Shown here in pieces: positions 46,678 to 53,815 of a DNA stretch of 64,000 nt. Each line of letters opens with the position of its first letter. The stretch's first letter is position 1. Position numbers and translations under genes: made by a program. The stretch is taken from positions 157,062 through 221,061 of the forward strand of contig JACOYR010000001.1 in NCBI GenBank assembly GCA_016181765.1, given 5' to 3'. The notes under the pieces are model-generated. The model had not been told where the DNA came from, did not search any database, and saw only the letters and a program-made list of their open reading frames with translations. This DNA comes from Parcubacteria group bacterium (GTDB taxonomy: Bacteria > Patescibacteriota > Patescibacteriia > UBA2169).

Positions 46678-47139
46678 CTATGGGGCGATTTCTAAAATGT
46701 AGGTATGCTCCCCAGGGATAAACAGGAATGATTCTCCGCTTTTGGTGTTAATAAGCCCAAATCGATCAAGAGTTTCGTCCCAAACTGCCTCAAAACGCCC
46801 GTTTTCAAATGTTTTTTCATACAAAAGGTTCTCATCCCGCACCACGTACACGCGTACACCCTCTGTGCCGGCCCGGCGCGCCACGAGCAGGGTATCGCTT
46901 TCAAACGCGCCGGTTGCGCGGCTAGACGCAAGGACCACATCCTGCACGGAGAGTGTAAACCGCTCAACCGCGGCGCCGCGCACACTGCCAAAATCTATGT
47001 TCGGGTATGTGCCGTATTCCTCCGAACCCCAATAAAAAAAAGCGAACAAGGAGCTCCACGCGAGCACCCCAATCGTGCTGATGATGATGCTCGTTTTTCG
47101 GGATAGGGTCATGGTTGATCGGCAACCGCAGGCAGCCAC
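46678..47139 (-). CDS. Hypothetical protein with N-terminal signal anchor
   Basis: ORF with an N-terminal hydrophobic segment. No recognisable motif. Confidence 0.4.
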   Translation of the reverse strand: MAACGCRSTMTLSRKTSIIISTIGVLAWSSLFAFFYWGSEEYGTYPNIDFGSVRGAAVERFTLSVQDVVLASSRATGAFESDTLLVARRAGTEGVRVYVVRDENLLYEKTFENGRFEAVWDETLDRFGLINTKSGESFLFIPGEHTYILEIAP

Positions 47140-47582
47140 GGGTATTGCGCGTACAACAGGGCCTGCTTTTCCTTGAGAAGATTAATGTCAGAAAACTCGC
47201 CTTTTGCCGCTTCTTTTGCCAAAAAAATCAGGGAAGTGTGCAGAGATCGGTAGATTGGCGGAACCGGAGAAGCAAGCAACGAATCGTACGCGCCGCCCGC
47301 ATCAGGAACCACGCCCGCGGAATCCGCGAGCGCCTCAATAACCCCATTAATCTGGAGTACGCTCGCAATCACCACATCCCGGTAATCCTGAATCCCGGGG
47401 CCCGGCTCAACCGCGTCTCCGGCCACATAGCGAGCCAAGGGAAGGGGTTCGGGCGCGCGTTTTGGCTCCTGCGAGATTCGGGAGCGCTCCGCGATAATCA
47501 GGCCAAAACTGGCTGCAAATAAAAACAAAAAACTGATTTGCAAATAACGCATTTGCTCACGGTTTGTTTTTGTTTTGAACAT
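47109..47582 (-). CDS. Hypothetical secreted protein
   Basis: N-terminal signal-peptide-like segment (LQISFLFLFAASFGLIIA). An extended -10 (TGgTATAAT) lies on the minus strand at about 47591 to 47599, so the true start is probably the internal Met. Confidence 0.4.
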   Translation of the reverse strand: MFKTKTNREQMRYLQISFLFLFAASFGLIIAERSRISQEPKRAPEPLPLARYVAGDAVEPGPGIQDYRDVVIASVLQINGVIEALADSAGVVPDAGGAYDSLLASPVPPIYRSLHTSLIFLAKEAAKGEFSDINLLKEKQALLYAQYPWLPAVADQP

Positions 47583-47622
47583 ACAAAAATTATACCATTT
47601 TTCGGCATGGGCGTAAAAATGA

Positions 47623-47760
47623 CTAGTGGTTTGCAGGGGGCATTATTTTCGCAACGAGAATGATGGAGCCCGCCAACCGGGTTCCCGCGAGTTCGTGAAG
47701 CGAACGAGTGGGTGGTCTAAGGCGGGCGACCCTTCGGAGTGGAGAAATTTGCACCCCCGA
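47623..47760 (+). ncRNA. Candidate structured RNA element (about 135 nt, multi-stem) of unknown class
   Basis: The 5' G-run (gcaggggg) pairs with the 3' C-run (cacccccg). An internal 11-bp hairpin (cattattttcg/cgagaatgatg with 2 G-U pairs) favours the plus strand. Internal pairings gcccgcc/ggcgggc and gttcg/cgaac. It lies outside any ORF, upstream of two TTGACA promoter-like repeats. Confidence 0.25.
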
Positions 47761-47794
47761 ACACCCACATATTTTTACGAAGTTGTGTTGAAAA

Positions 47795-47905
47795 AAAGCT
47801 GACAAGTTTTGTGGCTTATGTTAGCATAGAATTAATCAATTTCCACACCCTTGTCAAAAAATAAATTGACAAGTAATATAGGGGAATTAGAATTAATCCA
47901 CAACC
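47795..47905 (+). promoter_or_regulatory. Two tandem promoter-like direct repeats (TTGACAAGT-N18-TAGAATTAATC) upstream of the TrmB-family regulator gene
   Basis: ttgacaagttttgtggcttatgttagcatagaattaatc and ttgacaagtaatataggggaattagaattaatc. Confidence 0.4.
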
Positions 47906-47908
47906 GCA

Positions 47909-48649
47909 ATGATTGAGACTACCTTAAAAAAATTCGGGTTTACGGATAAAGAGATTCTGGTATACCTAGAACTCCTGAAACTCGGGTCAGCGCCGGTGCG
48001 CGCCCTGTCCGAAGCAGTGGACATCAACCGCACCACCATCCACTCCATTCTGCGCCGCCTTGGGGATTACGGGCTTGTAAGCTTTGTGGATAAGGAAAAG
48101 CGCAGGTACTTTGCCGCAGAGCCCCCTGACCACCTCCTGGGCGCGCTCAAAATGAAGCAGAACGACCTTGAGCAGACCAGGGCTGACATTGAGAAGATCA
48201 TTCCCGAGCTCCGGTCTCTGTACGAGAAATCCGAGTACAAGCCAAAGGTCAAGTACTTTGAGGGGGATTCCGGCATCCGCACCATCCTGCAGGACGTGCT
48301 GGACGCAACTGCTGCCACGCAGAAAAAGCAGTACTACGTGTACTCGTCATCCACCATCCGCAACACCCTGACCCGCGTGTTCCCGGAGTTCAACGACGAG
48401 CGCATCCGCCGCACCATCCGCGTGCAGTCCATCTCAATCGGCCCGGGGGGCATCCTGCGCGGCCTGGACGAGCGCAAGTGGCTCTCCCAGGAAGAATCAA
48501 GCCCCACTTACACCCTGATCTACGCCGGAAAGATAGCCCTCATCTCGCTTGACGAATCCATCTCTCCGCACGGCGTGGTCATGGAGGACCAGAACACCTA
48601 CCAAACCCAAGTCATGATATTCAGGCACCTGTGGGAAAAACTCTCTTGA
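47909..48649 (+). CDS. TrmB-family transcriptional regulator
   Basis: N-terminal winged HTH: FGFTDKEILVYLELLKLGSAPVRALSEAVDINRTTIHSILRRLGDYGLV. C-terminal effector-like domain. Confidence 0.75.
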   Translation: MIETTLKKFGFTDKEILVYLELLKLGSAPVRALSEAVDINRTTIHSILRRLGDYGLVSFVDKEKRRYFAAEPPDHLLGALKMKQNDLEQTRADIEKIIPELRSLYEKSEYKPKVKYFEGDSGIRTILQDVLDATAATQKKQYYVYSSSTIRNTLTRVFPEFNDERIRRTIRVQSISIGPGGILRGLDERKWLSQEESSPTYTLIYAGKIALISLDESISPHGVVMEDQNTYQTQVMIFRHLWEKLS

Positions 48650-48746
48650 TGGAATGGCGCTGCTGATGAACGTACTGTCAGCAGAGCCATCTCATTGAGA
48701 TGCATCGTCCTTCAACAAGCAGCACTCAATCCTGGGGAGAAATTGA

Positions 48747-49010
48747 GTGGCCACATCAGAGCAACTCATCAGAGAGGCCATTGCAACCGGCAGGGCTGTG
48801 ATAAGGCTCGCGGACGGAAACGTGCATGTCTGCGACTTGTCGCAGCACATGTTCCCGGATGTTGTGTGCAACGCGCCCGGTTGCGCCAGAGCCTATGACA
48901 GCCGCCTTGCGCGCGTGCCGCACTTGGAACGGTGGCTGAACGGAACATCGGCCGCAAACATCATCAAACGGGACAATTGGCGGTTCGGACTGTGTCCGGA
49001 CCACTGCTGA
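48747..49010 (+). CDS. Small Cys-rich hypothetical protein (87 aa)
   Basis: Six Cys including HVCDLSQH...VVCNAPGCARAY...GLCPDHC. Local GC is visibly higher than in the glycan locus. A strong terminator follows. Confidence 0.4.
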   Translation: MATSEQLIREAIATGRAVIRLADGNVHVCDLSQHMFPDVVCNAPGCARAYDSRLARVPHLERWLNGTSAANIIKRDNWRFGLCPDHC

Positions 49011-49039
49011 CCCACTACCCGGCGAGTCCGCACACGAGC

Positions 49040-49100
49040 CTCGCGTCTCTCACTTTGAACCCAAGGAATGAGAGATGCGAGGCTTCCTTTTTTTAGGGAA
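49040..49100 (+). terminator. Rho-independent terminator (15-bp stem followed by T7)
   Basis: gcctcgcgtctctca...tgagagatgcgaggc then ttccttttttt. Confidence 0.75.
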
Positions 49101-49241
49101 GCGGAAAAATCAGAAAATTCCAAAAATTGATTTTCAGCAAAAACAGCGAATCATCAAACCATCCATCAATCCAAAACAACGCACCGAAGTGTGCCATACA
49201 TCAAACCATATATTTGTGTCGCACAATATTGGAGCGGGGAA

Positions 49242-49559
49242 TCAGGCAAAGCTAGAGTTATCCACAGGCACCCACTCGCCATACTCATCTTTAAACAACT
49301 CCACGGTATCAACAAACTCGTCATCCGAGTAAACCCTTTCAATTCCCGTGCTCTGCCCTACCCTGCCCGAGTAATGGGTTTTCTCTTCCAAGAGCCGCGG
49401 CTTTACAGAGCGCCGTAGCTTCATCTTTCCCATGGGATTTACAAATACAATTTCTTCAGTTGTTTCTCCTTCCATCTCTCCGTTTACGGTTTGATGCTCC
49501 AGGATTTCGCAGTCATCCTTGAGGCGCCCCACCACTGCTTGCCATTTTTCTTCGGTCAT
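49242..49559 (-). CDS. Hypothetical acidic protein (105 aa)
   Basis: ORF only. No motif recognised. Confidence 0.35.
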   Translation of the reverse strand: MTEEKWQAVVGRLKDDCEILEHQTVNGEMEGETTEEIVFVNPMGKMKLRRSVKPRLLEEKTHYSGRVGQSTGIERVYSDDEFVDTVELFKDEYGEWVPVDNSSFA

Positions 49560-49675
49560 AGTATGACTATTGTACCAATCCCCGCATTATCTGTACAATT
49601 AAACACGTACGTTCTCTCTGCCGGGCTGTAGCGGTTCGAGCCCCGCCAGCCCGACAGAGCGAAAGTATGCACCAT

Positions 49676-49714
49676 AAAACCGCCCCGGGACAAACCCGGA
49701 GCGGTTTTACGTTA
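49676..49714 (-). terminator. Rho-independent terminator downstream of the RRM-protein gene
   Basis: aaaaccgc-cccgggacaaacccgg-agcggtttt inverted repeat. On the minus strand the stem is followed by TTTTATGG. Confidence 0.7.
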
Positions 49715-49721
49715 AGCGATA

Positions 49722-50033
49722 TTACTCGCGCTCACGAGGAGGGCGAGCTTCATTGACTACGATGTTGCGGCCGCCGAAATCGGTGCCGTTCAACGCGTCA
49801 ATGGCTTTTTGCGCTTCCTCATCAGAGGACATTTCCACGAATCCGAAGCCTTTGCTCCGTCCCGAGAACTTGTCCGTGATGATGGCAGTGCTGGTAACCT
49901 GGCCATGTGCGCCAAACGCCTGAGACAGATCGTCTTCAGTGGTCTGGTACGGCAGGTTGCCCACGTATAGTTTCTTTGCCATAGTCTGGATGCAGGAGTC
50001 CGTCAGAAATAAATAAACGGAGGCGCCTGGCAT
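49722..50033 (-). CDS. RNA-binding protein with a single RRM domain
   Basis: RNP-2 LYVGNL and RNP-1 KGFGFVEM. 103 aa with a Gly/Arg-containing tail. Confidence 0.85.
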   Translation of the reverse strand: MPGASVYLFLTDSCIQTMAKKLYVGNLPYQTTEDDLSQAFGAHGQVTSTAIITDKFSGRSKGFGFVEMSSDEEAQKAIDALNGTDFGGRNIVVNEARPPRERE

Positions 50034-50122
50034 CTATCTTATCACCTGTTTTCGACGATCCGCATCCAAACGAGAAAACCCGCCTATAGAGTTCGCGGCG
50101 GGCCAAGAGAATGCGAAAAACA

Positions 50123-50151
50123 AGGCACCCCTATACTAGCATGGATAGGTC
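50123..50151 (-). promoter_or_regulatory. Sigma-70-type promoter for the RRM-protein gene (TTGACA-17 nt-TAGTAT, minus strand); 5' UTR of about 80 nt
   Basis: The reverse complement reads TTGACAcatggacctatccatgcTAGTAT. The UTR contains a cccgcc...ggcggg hairpin. Confidence 0.5.
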
Positions 50152-50237
50152 CATGTGTCAATAGTGGATGTTATTGGGGGCTTTTAGACGAAAAAACCCT
50201 GCCGAGCACGAAACCCGGCAGGGCACCAAACACAAAG

Positions 50238-50702
50238 TCACGCTGCTCTGCGCATGGATTCCTGCGCTGCAGCTGGCTGCGGCCTTGGAATATCCTGCTC
50301 GCGCCACTCGCGGGTGCGGCCCCTTAAGTCGCGCGCATACTCCAGGCACTCCCGGCTAAGCTCGGGCCAATCGCGCAGGTAGTGCGCCGCAAGGAGCGCG
50401 AGATGCCGGGTTCCGGCGATACGCCGCTCATCGCTGTCCTCGGGCGCGTCCTGGGCGCGCGATCCATACCGCGCCGCGCGCTCCGCAAGCCTGAATGGCT
50501 CATACGCTTCCCCCTGCTCTTTGTGTTCCTCCTCCGTATCAGACTGTGGCTGCGCCCCCTCGGCCGCAATCCGCAGTTCGTCTTCGGAGAGATCAGCACC
50601 AACTGCAAAAGCAAGCTCCGCGATCTCCTCGCGCAACTTTACTCTCTCGTTGTGCATGTCCGGGTTCTCCCCATAGACGTGAAGTGCGACTTCTCGCTCC
50701 AT
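50238..50702 (-). CDS. Hypothetical acidic protein (154 aa) in a GC-rich segment
   Basis: This is the C-terminal portion of the 382-aa track ORF. The upstream part of that ORF is antisense to the GerMN gene and was discarded. A terminator hairpin with a T-run lies at about 50178 to 50215 on the minus strand. Confidence 0.35.
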   Translation of the reverse strand: MEREVALHVYGENPDMHNERVKLREEIAELAFAVGADLSEDELRIAAEGAQPQSDTEEEHKEQGEAYEPFRLAERAARYGSRAQDAPEDSDERRIAGTRHLALLAAHYLRDWPELSRECLEYARDLRGRTREWREQDIPRPQPAAAQESMRRAA

Positions 50703-50799
50703 ACTGCTTCTAGTATACTCCCGGGAGTTTGAAAAGTAATCCACACCTCCGGATTGCCGCCTTTCTCTCTGCGATAACCGCATGGTATAGTACGAACAT

Positions 50800-51639
50800 A
50801 TGAGTGCTAAACATGTCATTTCCGGCATTGTTGTTGTGGCCATCGCAATCGTTGTCTGGGTAATATTTTTACGCGCGCCGCAAGCCCAAACGCCGAACAA
50901 TGGCCGCAATACTGCCGAAGAAACGCCGGTGAAGCTCTTTGAACCGCAGAACAACGCTATTGTTTCCTCTCCCCTCACTTTGCGCGGCGAAGCGCGCGGC
51001 GCGTGGTACTTTGAAGCTTCATTCCCAATGAAACTGCTTGATGCGAACAACAACCAGATTGCCGTGACTCCGGCACAGGCCCAGGGCGATTGGATGACTG
51101 AAAACTTTGTGCCTTTTCTCGCAACACTGGAATTTGAATCCCCTGCCACAGAGACCGGAATGCTGGTTCTGCAAAAAGACAACCCCTCGGGCTTGCCGGA
51201 GTTTGACGCGGAAATCAAAATTCCGGTTCGGTTCAACCCAGAGAGCGAGGAGATGAGCGTACAAGCCTTTTTCAGCAACACAACTCTTGACCCGGATATA
51301 CTTGACTGCGCAAAAGTGTTCCCGGTAACGCGCACCATCCACAAAACCGAGGCCTCTGCACGGGCCGCGCTCCTTGAACTCCTCAAAGGCCCGAACCCGG
51401 TTGAACAGGAAGCCGGATTTATGACGTCCTTGAATAGCGGGGTTGAAATTCAGAGCCTCACCATCCAGGACGGCAAAGCTCTAGCTGACTTCAGCCCCCG
51501 GCTTGATGAAAACATGGGCGGCTCCTGCCGCGTTACCGCCATCCGGGCGCAAATTACGCAAACCCTCTTGCAGTTCCCGACTGTTCGCGAAGTGGCCATC
51601 TCAATTGATGGTAAAACCGACCTCATTCTCCAACCGTAA
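50800..51639 (+). CDS. GerMN-domain membrane-anchored protein (GerM/Gmad-like)
   Basis: N-terminal TM helix. C-terminal [39 protein letters not shown]...[29 protein letters not shown] matches the GerMN domain pattern. Confidence 0.7.
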   Translation: MSAKHVISGIVVVAIAIVVWVIFLRAPQAQTPNNGRNTAEETPVKLFEPQNNAIVSSPLTLRGEARGAWYFEASFPMKLLDANNNQIAVTPAQAQGDWMTENFVPFLATLEFESPATETGMLVLQKDNPSGLPEFDAEIKIPVRFNPESEEMSVQAFFSNTTLDPDILDCAKVFPVTRTIHKTEASARAALLELLKGPNPVEQEAGFMTSLNSGVEIQSLTIQDGKALADFSPRLDENMGGSCRVTAIRAQITQTLLQFPTVREVAISIDGKTDLILQP

Positions 51640-51974
51640 CCGGGAGGGATTCAGGGTCCATCCAACCCGAAAGGTCTGCTTCGCTTGCCACGTACCCGCG
51701 TATATCCGCGCTGGTTCCTTTTCTGAACATGCTCTTGCAATGGATATTGTTTCCGTTTAATATGGTTCTCTTCGGTTCCATCCCGGCCATTGAAGCCCAA
51801 ACCAGGTTGGCGATAGGAAAGTACCTGGGCTTTAGCGTGACAAAGAAAGTCAGATAAAAAACCGTTTTTATTTGACTTTCTACGAGATCTATAGTAGTTT
51901 ACTTTTGACTCAAAAGTTGAGTTAACGCTCTATAGAAAACGCAGCGCCTCGCAACAGGAAAGGATGGTCATCAC

Positions 51975-52607
51975 ATGGTGGCCACGATGGAGCAGCAACC
52001 CATCATCGCGGTGTCGGCTGCCGAATGGAAGCAGTTCGGATGTCCGTACTGCGGCTACCGTTCCGGCTACCCCCGTATGTCCTGCGGCGGAGCTACCCTC
52101 GTGGAGTGCGGGAGTCCGGAATGCAACAAGGGCTGCCTCGTGCTCGCCGAGGACATCACCGAGTCGCCCGTCGGCATCAACAACATCTACCCGCAGCTCC
52201 AAGACCATCCGCGGCGCGGCATTCCGAGCCACGGCCAGCCGGACACCAGACCCGAAGGCGGCGGAGAATTCTTCCGCTCCCGCGGCATGGGCCTGGACAA
52301 CTGTTCCTGCTTCGTCTGTGGCACGCACGATCGCGATGGAAAAGGTCATTACATGCTCAACAATATCGCGGCGTTCGTGCGGTGCAAGGAGGCGGGCGAG
52401 CGCGTGGTGGCCATGTTCGCGCGCGGCGCGCGTCTGGACTACCGCGAACACGAGCCGGACTATGTGCAGGTCAAAGTCGGCGCGTGTGATGCGCACCAGC
52501 CCAACCTGATACTGCTCAACGCGCTCACCAGAGACGGCATCATCACGGTAGAGCGCATCAGACGGGCCGCGCAGTTCAAGCGGAAACGCCGCTCGCGAAC
52601 CGCCTAG
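51975..52607 (+). CDS. Hypothetical protein with two zinc-ribbon-like Cys clusters (210 aa)
   Basis: CPYCGYRSG...CGGATLVECGSPECNKGC and CSCFVCGTH...C...C. Very GC-rich, with long ORFs open in several frames. This frame was chosen for an RBS-like aggaaagga upstream and the most protein-like composition. Confidence 0.4.
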   Translation: MVATMEQQPIIAVSAAEWKQFGCPYCGYRSGYPRMSCGGATLVECGSPECNKGCLVLAEDITESPVGINNIYPQLQDHPRRGIPSHGQPDTRPEGGGEFFRSRGMGLDNCSCFVCGTHDRDGKGHYMLNNIAAFVRCKEAGERVVAMFARGARLDYREHEPDYVQVKVGACDAHQPNLILLNALTRDGIITVERIRRAAQFKRKRRSRTA

Positions 52608-52659
52608 CACGCCCTTCACGCCCCCGCCACGATCCAAGTGGCGGGGGCTCTTTTTATAA

Positions 52660-53070
52660 TCACCGCACCAGCAGCCAGCCGTACAGCAACAGAAAACCGA
52701 GGTAAAAAGCCGCCAGCATCATCACAAACAACCCAGCCAGTTGCGCCCGGCCGGGGCGGTGCGCGCACCCCAAACTGATGGCGAGCAAAAGCGCAAACAC
52801 CCACCCCAAGGTTTCAATGGTCTGGGCCAGATGCCAGGCATCAGTCCGCCATACCAATAAACTCCGGCTAAAGAGGTACGCTTCCCGCGTATCGCCTTTA
52901 TCGTAATCCCGGTATTTATTCTTCCAGCTTACTTCCGGATTCCACCACTCTTGATTTGGCAGTGACGCGAACACGCTGCGGCCGTAATGGAACTGGAGCG
53001 TGTCGGAAACGCCCTTGGCCATGCCGGCCGTGAAAATAAAGAGCAGGATGAAGATTAATGTTTTAGGCAT
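52660..53070 (-). CDS. Hypothetical membrane/secreted protein (136 aa)
   Basis: N-terminal signal peptide and two further hydrophobic helices. Confidence 0.4.
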   Translation of the reverse strand: MPKTLIFILLFIFTAGMAKGVSDTLQFHYGRSVFASLPNQEWWNPEVSWKNKYRDYDKGDTREAYLFSRSLLVWRTDAWHLAQTIETLGWVFALLLAISLGCAHRPGRAQLAGLFVMMLAAFYLGFLLLYGWLLVR

Positions 53071-53214
53071 AGGGGTGTGCCCTTATCATATACCGAAATA
53101 CTGCTTGTTTGCAAAAAAAGACCTGATGCCCAAGAAACATGCATTGACAATTGATAAAAAATCTGCAATAGTAAAAAACTGAAACTTGCAGTTCTTCTCA
53201 AACCAGGGCAGGCA

Positions 53215-53382
53215 GGTATGGAACTCACAACGCTCCATGAGTGGTTGTCCGCTGTTTCGCTTCCCGGGCTGGTGATCATTGTAGCACTCGCGGTCATTGG
53301 CCTCGCGAGCATCGGAGCTATGATGGGGATGGCCGTGGAAGCACTCACCTGGAACCGCCGCAACAAAGGAGGCAGCTCATGA
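53215..53382 (+). CDS. Small single-TM peptide (55 aa) whose stop overlaps the start of the next ORF (ATGA)
   Basis: MELTTLHEWLSAVSLPGLVIIVALAVIGLASIGAMMGMAVEALTWNRRNKGGSS. Below the track's size cut-off. AAAGGAGG lies immediately before the downstream ATG. Coordinates are accurate to about 2 nt. Confidence 0.35.
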   Translation, partial: GMELTTLHEWLSAVSLPGLVIIVALAVIGLASIGAMMGMAVEALTWNRRNKGGSS

Positions 53383-53651
53383 CCGAGAACCACAGCACGT
53401 GGCACTTCATCGGCGGAAAAGAGTACGAACATGATGGGATCAGGTACACGGGCCGATACCGCGAACAAGGAGAGAGCGTCCTGAAGCGGACGTTCTGTAT
53501 GCCCGATCCTAAAGAGTCCAAGCCGGCCCAGGAATGGCTGCGCCTCGCCAATAAGGCGGGCAATGAACTCGCTCGGCCATCTTCCCCGCGCCCCCGCACA
53601 CCAACCCATCGGTGCTCGCGGGGGCTTCTTTTTTTTAAAACCACGCCATAA
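53379..53651 (+). CDS. Hypothetical protein (90 aa), translationally coupled to the preceding small peptide
   Basis: MTENHSTWHFIGGKEYEHDGIRYTG... The track lists a longer GTG-started version (53241) that is out of frame with the small peptide. A terminator-like GC hairpin plus T8 overlaps its last codons. Confidence 0.35.
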   Translation: MTENHSTWHFIGGKEYEHDGIRYTGRYREQGESVLKRTFCMPDPKESKPAQEWLRLANKAGNELARPSSPRPRTPTHRCSRGLLFFKTTP

Positions 53652-53654
53652 TAT

Positions 53655-53690
53655 TGACAAATTATCAAGGATATGATATCATACCCTATC
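53655..53690 (+). promoter_or_regulatory. clpB promoter candidate (TTGACA-16 nt-TATCAT) overlapping a perfect 12-bp palindrome TATGATATCATA
   Basis: attgacaaattatcaaggatatgatatcatacc read directly. The palindrome could be an operator. Confidence 0.4.
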
Positions 53691-53815
53691 CTACGAAACA
53701 GGGATTTGTACGAGATACGGGCGCTAGAATCACCAGTCAGACAGTATTTGCAGGACCACAGGAGTTAGAGTAAGCCCGTATATCGTACAGATTCTTGTTC
53801 CGCAGCCGAACGAGT

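Noticed and set aside
49590-49650. tRNA-like T-arm (…gtagcGGTTCGAGCCccgcc…) inside a 10-bp hairpin, considered as a tRNA or integration-site remnant
   Set aside because: The five bases on either side of the TTCGAGC loop cannot form a T-stem. No D-arm or anticodon arm can be drawn. It is more likely a simple hairpin in the leader of the 49242..49559 gene.
50703-51386. Upstream two-thirds of the 382-aa minus-strand ORF 50238..51386
   Set aside because: It is antisense to the GerMN-domain gene (50800..51639), which has a TM segment and a recognisable domain. Only the C-terminal 154 codons (50238..50702) are plausibly coding.
51930-52637. Alternative overlapping ORFs in the GC-rich segment (minus 235 aa; plus 181 aa and 154 aa)
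   Set aside because: Several frames are open because of the high GC. The Arg/Ala-rich translations look non-protein-like. The 51975..52607 frame was kept only tentatively.
53055-53660. 201-aa minus-strand ORF
   Set aside because: It is antisense to a translationally coupled plus-strand pair with a strong RBS. Its composition (Pro/Ala/Ser/Arg-rich) is that of a high-GC shadow frame.
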